From Octopus sinensis (Eukaryota), in contig NC_042997.1 of assembly GCF_006345805.1 (NCBI RefSeq), positions 53,506,001 to 53,570,000 on the forward strand: 64,000 nt of DNA, written 5' to 3'. How positions within the stretch are numbered: position 1 is the stretch's first letter; every line of letters begins with the position of its first letter. The position numbers were made by a program, and so were the translations under genes. Positions 49,880-62,235 of this stretch are shown here, piece after piece. The notes under the pieces are model-generated. The model worked only from the letters and a program-made list of their open reading frames with translations, ran no database searches and was not told where the DNA came from.

Positions 49880-50340
49880 ATACAGATGTAGTTGTGTAGT
49901 TAAGAAGTTCACTTCTCAACTATATGGCTTTGGGTTCAATCCCACTGCATAGTACCTTGGGCAAGTCTTCTGCTACAGCTCCAGACCAAATCAATGCCTT
50001 GTGAGGGAATTTAGTAGATGGAGCCTGAAAGAAACACATTGTCTGTATATGTGTGTGTGTGTGTGAATGTTTACAATCTGTACTGGGCTATTTTTACAAA
50101 ATTTGATATCACAATTCATAGCTGGGGTGCAACCAGTGAAGTTTGTTAATTTTTTATATCAATAAATTATCTGCTGTCTGTGCTTTTGAATTCTTCTGTC
50201 TACAAAAACCACTTGCTTGAAAAACAAGTAAAGGTTGGTGACAGGAACAACATTCAGCTGTAAAAATTCTGCTTCAAATACCCCCCCCCCCTTCCATTTA
50301 AGCCATGTTCATATGGAATAACAGACATTAAATTACTATT
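49880..50340 (+). mobile_element. Diverged family-B SINE (tRNA head plus RTE tail)
   Basis: gtagttgtgtagttaagaag...gggttcaatcccactg head; cttgcttgaaaaacaagtaaaggttggtgacaggaa tail. Confidence 0.7.
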
Positions 50341-51649
50341 AGGCTGATTGCACTCAGAGGATTGTAAAAATACATTTCTGTCCTTATTCATTTTCAGTCA
50401 CCATCTTAAGATTGTTTATGAATTCTATATGGCAGGAAATTATGTGCCCTTAAAATGTCATCTTTTACTTATACTGTCTCACAAAACATATAAAGGTAGA
50501 TACCCCTTTAATGCCACTGTTCTGTTTCTTGTCCGTATTAGTGCACTAGGAGTCTGATAACTTCCATTTGTTTGCTTGAAATCTTCTAATTTAATTTTTC
50601 TTTGTTGATATAGGTTAGATTCTTCTAGAAATTTGGTTTGCATGAATTATTAGGTCATATATTGCCTATTCTAATGTTAACTATATATCTCTAAGGAAAG
50701 ATGTGGTATCTGTTTTCAACCAGGTAGAATGCCTGCATCCCATGACTATGTCCATAAATCAACTAAATTAATTGACATATATAAATCTATTACTCAGCAA
50801 TGTTTGCCTCTGAAGAAACAACAAAAAGAAAGCAAATTCTATAAACGAAGCACATAGTTTAGAGCAGGAATTGATTTTTAGCCAGAGTTTGTTTTTAAAA
50901 TGTTTTATTTACTGTCATACAAGTGTCCATTTTTCACCAAGTGATACATAATGTTGAAGTATTTCACTTGATTATGTTTAAACATTGGAAATAGTTTTTC
51001 ATTCAAACATTTCAGGATATCCAAACTGTCTTGTTATGGATTTTAATTTTTTTTTTTTTAAATAAGAAACGAAGATGAATGACATGATTGTTTCATCATC
51101 ATTTTATATTATTAGAGATTAAGAAATTTCCATATACTTCTGCAATATTCTGTCTTTATTATGGCTGTGTTTATATAAAACGATGGTGATGTTACACTAG
51201 TTACAAAGTATTATTTCCATGACAATTTTAATTTGGTTCTTATCACAATGTAGTCAGAGTTTGTAGTGGATTATCCAATGGACTACCAGCTCCATGTGTT
51301 TCAGTTCAAGTGCACTACAAGTGTTTTGTTGTCTCTCTCTGGGCTGGGAACTCAGTTCTATATAACTCATTAATAATCTTGTTGCGGAGAATATGTTCCA
51401 GAATCTTTGTAAAAATTTTCTAGGGTATATTCTGTTGGAGGAAATCTATTTCAGGTTGAAATTAAAAATGGAAAATACAAGGCTTTATGGCTGCTTGCAC
51501 TTTTTTTAATGCATTTTTATATTATTATCTATTGTTGCTTTCTGCTGAAATATAAATATGCCAGATGCTATAATCTTTTATTATTGGTCATCTAATACCT
51601 TATCCTTCAAGACATCAAAACTTCCAAGCTAAGTTGACTGCTTATAGTG

Positions 51650-52450
51650 TACATCCTTTTCTCATTTCTGGATATGAAAATTCATGTCAAACTGAATCAT
51701 TGTACTCTAAGGTTTACTACCCCCTACTTTTTCTGTTGCACATTAAAGACCTACCTAAAAAAAACTTTTGCATTCTCTCCTATGGAGATGACATTAACCT
51801 CCGTTCCTCTTTAACCTTTGTGAACGCCAGCAACATTCATACACAACCTAAACTCCTCACACTTGACAGATATTGAACTTATGAGCATAGACCTTGAGAA
51901 CAGCCTTCAATGAGGATGACTTAAATCCTTTTCAACCGAACAAATATACAATGACTATGCTTTATCAAGGAAACAGTCTTGTACCTCATCCTTTCTGGTA
52001 ATGAACAACACACAACTATTACTTGCAAAGTCATGTCAAATGCTAGGATTCATATTCTTTGATAATCTTTCAGAGCAATTCCCACATATATAACATTGCC
52101 AAAACTGCATTACAGGGACTTGGGTTTCTCTTTTGGGCCAATAAATACTTTGGCTTCAATCAGATGCTAATATTTCATAAAGTTTAAGAGCCACACAGAA
52201 GTATTGCTTACATATAGAGAAGAGTGATGCTCTAGGACAAATACAAAAGGCTGTCAGATTGATTGCCAAAGACTAAGCCATTAATGTTCTTCATTAGCTC
52301 ACAGATGCTTTCAACTTCTTGTATTGGTAATAAAATGGTCTATACTCCTCTGAATTAGCCAACTGCATATCTTTTCACTTGTCTTTCTTCTTCCTATCAC
52401 TGTTACTGTGTTTCACTTACAAGATTTTACAATCAATACTTCACCCAAAC
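51650..52450 (+). mobile_element. Decayed L2/CR1/Jockey-group LINE RT region
   Basis: PLLFLLHIKDL...ILSYGDDINL (degenerate YADD) and later GFLFWANKYF...QML. Confidence 0.7.
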
Positions 52451-52769
52451 TTTTCTTCCTAGAATTGTCTCACTCTCTGAAATTTTTTTCCTCTTTTACA
52501 TTTCCCCCTGCTTTAATATAAAGTGCAATATATATTCAAATAATGGATTATTTTGAAATACTATTACTTAAGTACACCCAAAATAATCTTCTCCATACAC
52601 ATTTCAAAGTACATAGCAGCTCATAGAAATAGTTTTTCAATGAAAACCAGAAGGAAAAAAAGGGTGTTTTTTTATGGTCTACAAAGTTTCATCATCATCA
52701 TCATCATCGTCATCATCATCATTATTATTATCAAATCTTTTAAAAATTATTTCATTTTTCTACTTTCAG

Positions 52770-52918
52770 CTGTTCAGCAAGAAAGAAAGCCACCTGATTC
52801 TGAGAAGAAAGCTCCTACAGCTATGGCTACTTCAACTCAGAGAATCTATATTCGCAAAGATCTAAACAGTCCAGCTGCTGCAATTCCCAATTTTTCCAAT
52901 CGTGTATCTGAAATAGAG
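52770..52918 (+). CDS. NR2C1/2: Coding exon, T-box and hinge of NR2C receptor
   Basis: Acceptor tactttcAG ends at 52769, donor GTAGGG at 52919. The last T of exon 403-582 plus CT gives Ser, then VQQERKPPDSEKKAPTAMATSTQRIYIRKDLNSPAAAIPNFSNRVSEIE, matching the TR2/TR4 SVQxERKP...STEKIYIRKDLRSP motif. Confidence 0.93.
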
Positions 52919-53049
52919 GTAGGGCCATTCTGCCATATTTCTTATTTTCTTAAATGTTTTTCTCTTTATACATTAAAACTTATATTTTATGGCAAATGAT
53001 GATAGATTATGGGCATTGATTTGTTGCTTCCCTCTCTCTCTCTTTCGGA

Positions 53050-53237
53050 GAGGCACTGAGCAGCTATACGCACACATACACACACGGCAGTAACTCCCGC
53101 CCACCGAATTCAATCACAAAGCTTCGGTTGGCTCGGGGCTATAGTGGAAGACACCTACCCAAAGTGCCACGCAGTGGGACTGAACCCGAAACCATGTAGC
53201 TAGGAAGCAAGCTCCCTAACCACACAGCCATGCCTGT
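53050..53237 (-). mobile_element. SINE family A 5' half, about 130 nt downstream of the T-box exon
   Basis: ggggctatagtggaagacacctacccaaagtgccacgcagtgggactgaacccgaaaccatg...cacacagccatgcctg. Confidence 0.85.
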
Positions 53238-53509
53238 CGTAAACATTTTGACACTAATATTTTTAGGAAAGTCTTATAGGTGAAACCCTGTCAGTGTCAT
53301 GCTTATATTCCAAATGTGACAGTGCATTTATGGTAAACACTTGTGTACTGATGGTGTTGCTGTACTCCATCTCCAAATGCAGGAGTTGATTTCTCATCAG
53401 GTGGTGAAACAGCTTTGTAGGGCCCTTCACTACCACCTCCAGTGTGACACCAGAGCTGCCTGCTGACATAGGTCACAAATCTCCCACACAATTTGCACGT
53501 GAAAAAAAT

Positions 53510-53800
53510 TCAAGCGAGGTCGTTGCCAGTGCCGCTGGACTGGCTCCTGTGCAGGTGGCACATGAAAAACACCATTTGAGCATGGCTGTTGCCAGTCCCG
53601 CTTTCCGGCCCTCGTGCTGGTGGCACATAAAAGCACCCACTACACTCTCGGAGTGGTTGGCATTAGGAAGAGCATCTAGCTGTAGAAACTCTGCCAGATC
53701 ATATTGGAGCCTGGTGCAGCCATCTGGTTCGCTAGTCCTCAGTCAAATCATCCAACCCATGCTAGCATGGAAAGCAGACGTTAAATGATGATGATGAGGC
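53510..53800 (+). mobile_element. RTE 3'-terminal module with (GAT)n tail
   Basis: ggtggcacataaaagcacccactacactctcggagtggttggcattaggaag...catgctagcatggaaagcagacgttaaatgatgatg. Confidence 0.85.
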
Positions 53801-54561
53801 TGATGATGTTACAACTCTGGACCAAGTGTTTCTATCATACTCAATGTTTGATCTTGCTGCACCACTCTTCCTCCCTCGTATGCCACATGTAATGGCTTGC
53901 CTTCTCGACAGTTTCTGATAATTTTCTGGCAACATTTTTTCTGCTAGTCCAAGGCCTCGGATACCATCAAATCCTCCAATAAGAAGGGATATTACCTTCT
54001 AACCATTGTTTTTACAATGTTCAGCCAACTCACTGTATTTTCTGTCTTGCATTAGGAAATTGCTTTTGATGTTCACTAAACCAATAAGCCTGCATTGTTA
54101 TTTAAAGGATAAACAGATGTCTTTCCCAAGTGAGAGATATCTGCCTCATGATGTAGAAGTTGAAGATAATCTCTCACTCTGTGAGGCAAGAGGCAAATGT
54201 GTCTGAGAAGAGTTTAATTTAAATGGGAAAAAGTTTCAGGTTTATTAAGTTGATAGCTGAGATGCTGAAAATTTCAGATTAGGATTCACAACATCATGTC
54301 ATGTACACAGCTCACATTTCTATTTACTTTCAAACCCTTGGATGTCATGTATCTTTTCATCTAAAATTTTTGATGACAACAATTTAGTATTCTATTTGAT
54401 CCCCCCCTCCCACACATCACTGTTGTATTATTTATCTGTAGTTTCACTGAATTACTTTTGGTGTCAAAAGTTTTCTTCATATAATTTAGAAAAGTTTTTT
54501 CTAAGGTTTTTGCTAAGGTTTTAGAAATTAGAATGTAGATGATTGAAAAGCGTGCAAGCAC

Positions 54562-54602
<41 letters not shown>

Positions 54603-55219
54603 CACTTTGTTCATATCAAAGAAGTTAAAGGGTGATCTATCTCAAAACAATCATATTTATAAAAAAGTCAGTTACTCTGATTGTTTTAACATAATACACA
54701 ATGAAAGATGTAACGATGTTCCCAAGCAACTTTAAAAGTTCTAATTGCTGAGAATTGTGTCTTGGAGCATAGCACAATTTCTACTCTTAATTCCAAATTA
54801 TGCATTTAGCTGTAAAATAAGAATTCAATTATAACATCAGAAATATAAAAAGCAAACTTTTTTCCAGCATGCAAATATCTAAATTTTCAAAACTTGTGAT
54901 ACCTGTAACATTGGGAATTGACTGTAAAACACATTTTACTATCACTTTCCTGTACCATTCTTTCCTACAGTATTCTATATCTTTTCTCTACTACTCTTTC
55001 AAAGATTGATTTATTAGTCTCAGATTATTTTTTAGAGCCTTCAAGCTATCCTGTTTAAGGTTTTCTCTTGATTGACACCAAACTTTGACACAGATTAACC
55101 TAGTTTTCTTTGGTATTTATTTTCATCCTATATTTGTATATTGCTAGGCTATCAATCATCTTCCCTTCTTGGTTGGTGTTTTTTTACTCATTTCAAATAG
55201 ATGAATAATGTTTAGTTTT

Positions 55220-55460
55220 CAGAATGTGATAATTACAAGCAACATAATAACAACATTTGTCTTGGCATATGCCCCATAGGTAGAACTCTCAGAAGAACAA
55301 AAGGATCATTTCTATGAGATGCTTTTGTAGACTACCTCAGCAATGAGTGACAGCAACCTCATTATCGTAGCTGGTGACTTCAGCAAATGTGTTGGGTGAC
55401 ACATTAATGCTTCTGTGGTTTACTTGGAAGCTATGGTTATGATTCCAGAAATGCTTTTTC
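55220..55460 (+). mobile_element. RTE apurinic-endonuclease domain fragment
   Basis: FVLAYAP*VELSEEQKDHFYEML...LIIVAGDFS (YAP and GDFN-type motifs). Confidence 0.75.
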
Positions 55461-55811
55461 TAATACTGATTATCTAACATCTTAATAAAATTTACTAAAA
55501 TCCAATTATTCTAATATATCATCATCATCATCATTTAATATCCGTTGTCCAGGTTTGCCCTGAAGGTTGTAGGCTTAGTAGTCTAGCATTTTTTTAGCCA
55601 GAGGATTTTCAATTTTTCAGAGTATAAGAAATTCTATTACTTAATATTTATATTGAATTTTTCCTGTTCAATTATAAGTTAGCTTTGATTTCTCACTTTA
55701 GAGAGACAAAAAACTCAGTATATGAAGTAGAGTTCTATTTATTCATTGCTTGACACTAAAGGTTTATTTCACGAAGAATATTTGGGTAACTGAGAACAGA
55801 GATGCAAAAGA

Positions 55812-56032
55812 ATTTAAGTGCATATGTGCAACACAGACACACAAACACACACATATATATATATACATATATACGACAGGCTTCTTTCAGTTTCCATCTA
55901 CCAAATCCACTCACAAGGCATTGGTCGGCCCGGGGCTATAGCAGAAGACACTTGCCCAAGATGTCACGCAGTGGGACTGAACCCGGAACCATGTGGTTGG
56001 TTAGCAAGCTACTTACCACACAGCCACTCCTA
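55812..56032 (-). mobile_element. SINE family A 5' half, nearly identical to 10210-10432
   Basis: tacgacaggcttctttcagtttcc...ggttagcaagctacttaccacacagccactcct. Confidence 0.9.
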
Positions 56033-57044
56033 AACTATATATATATATATATTAATTGTAAATCATTTACATGATATGTTGTCAAAGGATGGATCTTGAG
56101 CCTACAATGGATCATCAAATATGTGCTGGAGTATACTCCTGTGTGACTTTATGTATACATTGTATATTTGGTTAATACTTGTGAATGTATGCATAATTGG
56201 AAGGACAAATCCGTATTTTCTGTAGTAAAGTATGTAGTGTTCATATTCACTGTTAGTGCACAGGTGCACTATCCCCAACTCTACCTTGGTGCCTTTGTTA
56301 TTTAAATATCTTGATTCCATCAGATCCTGAAAATTTTATATATGTATAAATATTGGTTAGAATTCCTAACTCTTACTAAGGTGGCACAGATTTGAATTCA
56401 TTATGTGAGCAGAACTTAGGTACAAAAGGCATGGCTGTTGTGCTTAAGAAGTTTGCCTTGAGCTAACAGTTAATTGGTTAAAGAGGTTAACTAACTGACT
56501 AATAAAGATAAAGATGTTAAATGGAACCAGTGCCTGTGTTTATTATTGACCTAATCACCCTCCTGAGATATCAACAAAATACACACACACATATATATGT
56601 ATTAATAAATTGTAATGCTTTGATGCCTCCCTTATGTCATATGTTATCAAAGAATTGATATGTTTTGTGTGTGTGTGTGTGTACAGGAATCTCCCACATT
56701 ATAGGAGGAGTAATGTGTTCTTGAGAAACTTGTAACCTGAAATTCTCCTATTGACTTTTCTATTATAAAGTGATAAATTTTTTCTGATGGATATTTTCAG
56801 TACCAAAAAGAAAAAAAAAAAAAAAAGCAACTAAAGTTACACACAGTTCAATTTGTGTACATAAAAGCATATGAAGAAAAATACATTAGGGAATAAATAA
56901 GAATCATAATACTGTAATAGGATATTTTCTTACTACAGAAGATGTTGACTTCTGTGTGAAAGATAGTGGTGGAATGAGAGCAATTGGGAGGGTAAGAAAC
57001 ATGATCTTTTAACTTATAGTTCATCATCATCATCATCATCATCG

Positions 57045-58690
57045 TTTGCTTGAGCAGTGAAGAACTTATCCAAAGTTGTTTGGTGCTAATGGCATCATCT
57101 CTTTCTACAGCTCAGTGTAGGAATGAAGTGCTTTGTAAATTCTTCATGTAATTTTTATGTTACATTCATGATTAGGATTGTTATCAGCAAAAGCTTACAG
57201 ACCATCCTCTACAAGTGCCAACCTTTTAACAACATTCTTTGCTGTCAGTTTAAGCAGAGTTGATGGAATTTCTGTATTCTCGTCTTGCTCGTGTTCTAAC
57301 AGCATCAGCTCCTTGTTAGATAAACTTCCTCTATTGGATACTAGCATCTCAGCTACTTCATCCTCTATGATTTCTTTAAGACCTTAAGACATTTGCAAGT
57401 GTCGCAATATCTATTTGCTTGTAGAAAGCTTTTTAAAGTCATGGATACATTCTGGCCATATATTTTTCTAAGCGTCTTTCAAAAGTTGAGGTGTTTCACT
57501 TCATCGCACGACTCAACTATGTTTATCCACAGTATTCATTATGTTGAACTTCTTCCAGAAGTGTCTTACTGTAGGTTCATCTTTCTTATCAATTGCTTTC
57601 ATAAATTATTTGAATGTTCTCAGATCATATGCCTTGCACTTAACTAGAACACCTTGATCAATTGGCTGAACCAAGGAATTTATATTCTTCAGGATATATT
57701 CTTCTCTCACATTATCAAAAAACCTCATTTAAGTGCATGGGGTGGCTTGATGCATTTTCTAAAAGAAGCAATATTTTGTTGGAAATATGTTTGACATTGT
57801 ACCTTTCTACAACATGATGAAAAAATATTAGTCTTTGAAAAAATTCTTAATCATCTATACCTTCTTATATGAATGCCAAATCAGAGGCAAATTGAACTTT
57901 GGGTAACCCTTGAAAGATTTTAGATTTTCAGCGTGATATTAGCAAAGTCTCTAATTTTATATCACCATCTGCATTTCCTCCCAAAAGAAGTGTCAGACAA
58001 TTTTTGGAAACTTTATATGTTGGTGTTCATATTTCTTCCTGAGAAATAAAAGTTCTTGCTGGCATGCACTTCTAAAAAAATGCTGTTTCACCAACATTGA
58101 CTACTTGCTCTGATATGTTGGTTTTCCTCATCAATCATTTTCTTCAGCTCTTCAGGATAATACCTTCTCTATCAGTACTAGTAGCTTCACCAGTCTATTC
58201 TATCTCTTTTTACTTGTTTCAGTCATTTTGACTGTGGCCATGCTGGTGCACTGCCTTTAATCAAGCAACTCGACCCCAGGACTTATTCTTTGTAAGCCCA
58301 GTACTTATTCTATCGGTCTCTTTTGCTGAACCGCTAATTGACGGGGACATAAACACACAAGCATCGGTTGTCAAGCAATGCTAGGGGGACAAACACAGAC
58401 ACACAAACATACACGCACATACATATATACGACGGGCTTCTTTCAGTTTCCGTCTACCAAATCCACTCACAAGGCTTTGGTCGGCATGAGGCTATAGTAG
58501 AAGACACTTGCCCAAGGTGCCACGCAGTGGGACTGAACCCGGAACCATGTGGTTGATAAACAAGCTACTTACCACACAGCCACTCCTGTGCCTATGTTGT
58601 GTAGATTTAAGTGCTTCATAACCCTTTTCAAACTAACCTTTACCAGTAAGAAGAGATTTTTCATTTGAAGTTTCACCTTTTTTTGCAAAT
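57045..58690 (-). mobile_element. Decayed Tigger/pogo (DDE_1) transposase, interrupted by a SINE
   Basis: Minus strand reads G*FEK..KHLNLHNI, [SINE], TGEATSTD, YPEELKKMIDE, VNVGETAFF, LTLLLGGNADGD, NSLVQPIDQGV, FWKKFNI, DNNPNHE. Confidence 0.9.
58204..58595 (-). mobile_element. Full-length SINE family A inserted in the Tigger ORF
   Basis: Complete 3' part and A/B-box head; possible ctat TSD (58200-58203 and 58592-58595). Confidence 0.92.
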
Positions 58691-58934
58691 TGTCATACAA
58701 CCTTTAGGCTTTTTTTTTATTATCATAGTGTTAGTACATTGTGTTTAGTCTAGCTTGGTAAGGAGGGTGGTTTAGTCACTGATAACCCAACAATGTGACA
58801 GATTGTACTAGGTTGCATGTTATCAGCAGCACTAAGAGTGACCCAACATACACATATGCATACATGCACAGAAATAAAAGTATACGATTTTTAGTAAAAA
58901 TATGAGAAATGAACATACCGTTTACCATTATCTT

Positions 58935-59114
58935 TTATTTTTTCAGTCTTTGTACTGTGACCATGCTGAGGCACCACCTTTGAAAGGTTTAGTTGAACAA
59001 ATTGACCCTAGTACTTGTTTTTTTTTTTAAGTCTGGTTCTTATTCTATTGGTTTCTTTTGCCAGTCTGCTAGGTTACAGGGACATAAACAAAACCAACAC
59101 CAGTTAAGTGCAGG

Positions 59115-59152
<38 letters not shown>

Positions 59153-59718
59153 CTGGCTTCTATTAGTTTTCATCTACCAAATGCACACACAATCATCATC
59201 ATCATTGTTCGACCGTGGTCGAGACAATGGAATTTACCATGCTACGCCAGACTTCACGGTCCATCATAGCATTACGGAGGTCCTGTTGCTGGATGCCTGT
59301 ATCCCTGGAGATTACATCAGGGTAGGAGAGTGTGCGCCCTCTGGTATTGCGAGTAGATGGCTTCCAGAGGAGAAGAGTAGAAATTGCCTCGTTTTCAGCT
59401 CTACAACAATGTGTAGCAAACTGGACTCTCCTACCTTTCACAAGAGATGACACAGGTGGTAGTTTCCCATATATTTGCATCTTGGTTGGATGACACTTCC
59501 ACAAGAGATTTTGAGCTCTCATAAAGAGGCGAGTGTAGGTTCCATCCAACCGCCTCTCAAGCTTCTTTGATAACGTCCAGGTTTCTGAGCCATATAGTAG
59601 AATTGGTTTTGTTCAGCTCGAGGTTATAGTAGAAAATATTTGCCTGAGATGCCTCTCAGTGGGACTGAACCTGGTACCATGTGGTTGGGAAGCAAACTTC
59701 TTACCACAGAGCTTTGCC
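58935..59718 (-). mobile_element. Diverged SINE family A split by a LINE insertion
   Basis: SINE sequence stops at ...atgcacacacaa (59192) and resumes at ggttttgttcagc (59605), collinear with the intact copy at 60415-60655. Confidence 0.8.
59193..59604 (-). mobile_element. Short 5'-truncated RTE LINE of a third subfamily with (TGA)n tail
   Basis: ILLYGSETWTLSKKLERRLDGTYTRL...GRRVQFATHCCR...RNAMMDREVWR; the stop is immediately followed by (TGA)n. Confidence 0.9.
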
Positions 59719-60414
59719 TACTGAAATCAAAGTCTATAGATCTGAAAAAAAAAACATGATTATATATGGTGAGAATCAAAACATTCATTTGCTAATGGGG
59801 CTTAATTAAACTTTTACCAATTTTGTTGGATATTTTCCATTCAGTTTCAATGTTTTTGTAGAGTAATTTGAAAAGAACTCCAGAATATATCAATTTATTA
59901 AGTTCTATTATGTTAGATGATGAAACACCCAGCTTACAGAACAGTGATGCACTCATGAAAAATATTTTGATGGAAACTTTGTCTGGAGAATAGTTCCCTA
60001 TGAAAATTTTTCATTGCTTCTATTTAGCTCATTTTATGCATATTTAAGAAGTTTTTGAAATTTCTCTTGCTATTTCCTTAACATTGTTGTTTATTTTAGT
60101 AAAGTCAATACATAAAAGACTGGCAACATAAGTTCAAAATCACTAGTGCTGGCAATATTTCCACTTATTAAAGAATATAAATGACTATTGAATTGTCGCT
60201 TTATTTCACTTGCTAATTGAAAGAAATTGAACAAAGTGTTCTACCTATTCCTAGGTATACTTTATAGTCCTTGTTTATACAGGGCTTGCCCCTAATATCC
60301 ACATTCTCTTCCTGTTGACAAAATTTTTTTTTTGTTCTTTGTCTTTGAAAATGGTGATCAGCATTTTTTAAATTGAATAATTTATGCAACATTACTTTAG
60401 TGTGGTATCTCTAA

Positions 60415-60655
60415 TTTCTTTTGCCAATCTGCTAAACTATAGGGACATAAACAAACCAACACCAGTTGTTAAGTGCAGATGACACACACACACACATACA
60501 CACACACAGTTGGCTTCTTTTAGTTTCCATCTACCAAATTCACACACAAGGCTTTGTTCAGCCCAGGGTTATAGTAGAAAATATTTGCCTAAGATGCCAC
60601 CGAGTGGGACTGAACCTGGAACCATGTGGTTGGGAAGCAAACTTCTTATCACACA
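60415..60655 (-). mobile_element. Diverged SINE family A
   Basis: ttggcttcttttagtttccatctaccaaattcacacacaaggctttgttcagcccagggttatagtagaaaatatttgcc...gagtgggactgaacctgg. Confidence 0.8.
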
Positions 60656-60719
60656 ATTATGCTGAAAATCATAAGCAAACTTCTTAGCTCATAATTATGC
60701 TGAAAATAATAAGTGTTGA

Positions 60720-61130
60720 TGACTCATGTTTTCAAGCAGCATAAACAAAGGTAGAAGATTCATCCAAAGTAGAGAAATTTCTTTTGAAGAGAAATTCCAA
60801 AATACATCATAACTCAGTTCATATGTTTCAACAATTACTTTGCTTTTTCTGGTATAAACATGAAGGCCATGGCAATATCCAGAGTCTGCATTGCAAATAT
60901 ACCAATCGTTTTTTTATTTTGCTCCATGCACTTAACTTTGTGGACACATATTGGTGGAATTTTAGCCCAAATACTTGTTTTCTTCAAGTACCTGTGTCAT
61001 TGTACCTCAGATGAAAATAATGCTTTAGGGATATACAATGATATCACCTCATCAGTAATATAAATATTGTTGTTATTTTTATCTGTACTCCTCTGAGCCA
61101 GGTAATATTTTCCCATAGCCTGATAAGTTT
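60720..61130 (-). mobile_element. piggyBac-like transposase remnant
   Basis: Minus strand reads ITDEVI, then FGLKFHQYVSTKLSAW...WYICNADSGYCHGLHVYTRK, resembling the piggyBac IDE...QYIPxKPxxWG...DxxxGY...VYTGK block. Confidence 0.6.
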
Positions 61131-61424
61131 TCACAGAATATTGGAAATAAATGATACTTTTTATATGACAGTGTCAAACATTTTACAATTATTATGAAAT
61201 GTCAAGACAAGGAGATAAACATACTCAGACACTCATACATTCTTTTAGGTACCATCTACTAAATCCACTCACAAGGCTTTGGTCAGGCTGGGGCTGTAGT
61301 AGATGACACTTGCCCTTGGTGTCTGACAGTTTAACTGAACCCGGTATCATGTAGTTGGGAAACAAACTTCTTACTACACAGCCACACCTGTACCTTTGCA
61401 GTTATATATATATACATACATATG

Positions 61425-61930
61425 GTGGCTGCCCCTTGTTATCGAGTATGGCCATTGCATGAAGCTTAATCAATGTTGTTGCAATGCTTGTGCAAGAAGA
61501 TTTTTTTTAAAGTGCGGAAAGGCTGTGCACTGAGTCAATCTCACTCACTAAGCAACAGCAGCCAAAATCCGAAAAGAAGAACAAGTCAACATCATCGGTA
61601 ACCACTGAGCTGCAGGTTTTATTTCGGAGTTATCCCAGTTACCTGAGTTACCTTCTCCTAGAAGGATGCCCTAACAAAGGCTAGGAGTCCTTCACTCCCA
61701 ATGGTTTAACTGTGCGATCGGATATTCAGTTCGATTATTTCTATGTCCCCGCGCATGATACAGCCTTAAGACATTTATTGGATGGCCATTGACTCTCAAG
61801 AGTTCCTCCACCCTTTGACGGGTTTTGTTTTTCATCCCACAGGATGACCAATAAACACCCTCCTCACCAAGCAAGTTTGGTAGGGTTGCCGGTTTAGTCG
61901 CCGACAACCCGACCATGCAACAGGTTGTAC
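61425..61930 (-). mobile_element. ~505-bp non-coding, CpG-rich retroposon-like element (RTE 5'-UTR-like) in an (ACAT)n tract
   Basis: Contains GGCATCCTTCTAGGAGAAGG on -, which I recognise as RTE 5'-UTR-like; homologous decayed copies at 14230-14520 and 58750-58815. Confidence 0.6.
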
Positions 61931-62064
61931 ATACATATACATACATACATATATCATATTATATTTTGTGAAATTTGATTTAGTATTTCTAAATTGAATT
62001 TTTCCCTGTAAGTTAGGAATAATATTCCCTCAAATAATAATAATTATTATTATATATATATAAA

Positions 62065-62235
62065 ACACAGACGTGGCTGTGTGGTTAAGAAGTTCATTTT
62101 GCAACCAGGTTGTTTTGGGTTCAGTCTCACTGTGTGACACTGCAGGCAAGTGTTTACTACAACCCTGGGTTGACCTATACCTTGTGATTGAATTTGATGG
62201 ATGAAAACTGTACAGAAGCCTGTTGTGTGTGTCTA
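62065..62235 (+). mobile_element. SINE family A/B 5' half
   Basis: gacgtggctgtgtggttaagaag...gggttcagtctcactg...ggcaagtgtt. Confidence 0.8.

Noticed and set aside
52553-52999. 148-aa ORF as a complete gene
   Set aside because: Only 52770-52918 is exon; the poly-Ile stretch is a (CAT)n/(ATT)n repeat in the intron.
53820-54010. Possible RLE-type retrotransposon C-terminus on the minus strand (KLSETVEKASHYMWHTR)
   Set aside because: Single short motif; suggestive but not enough to annotate.
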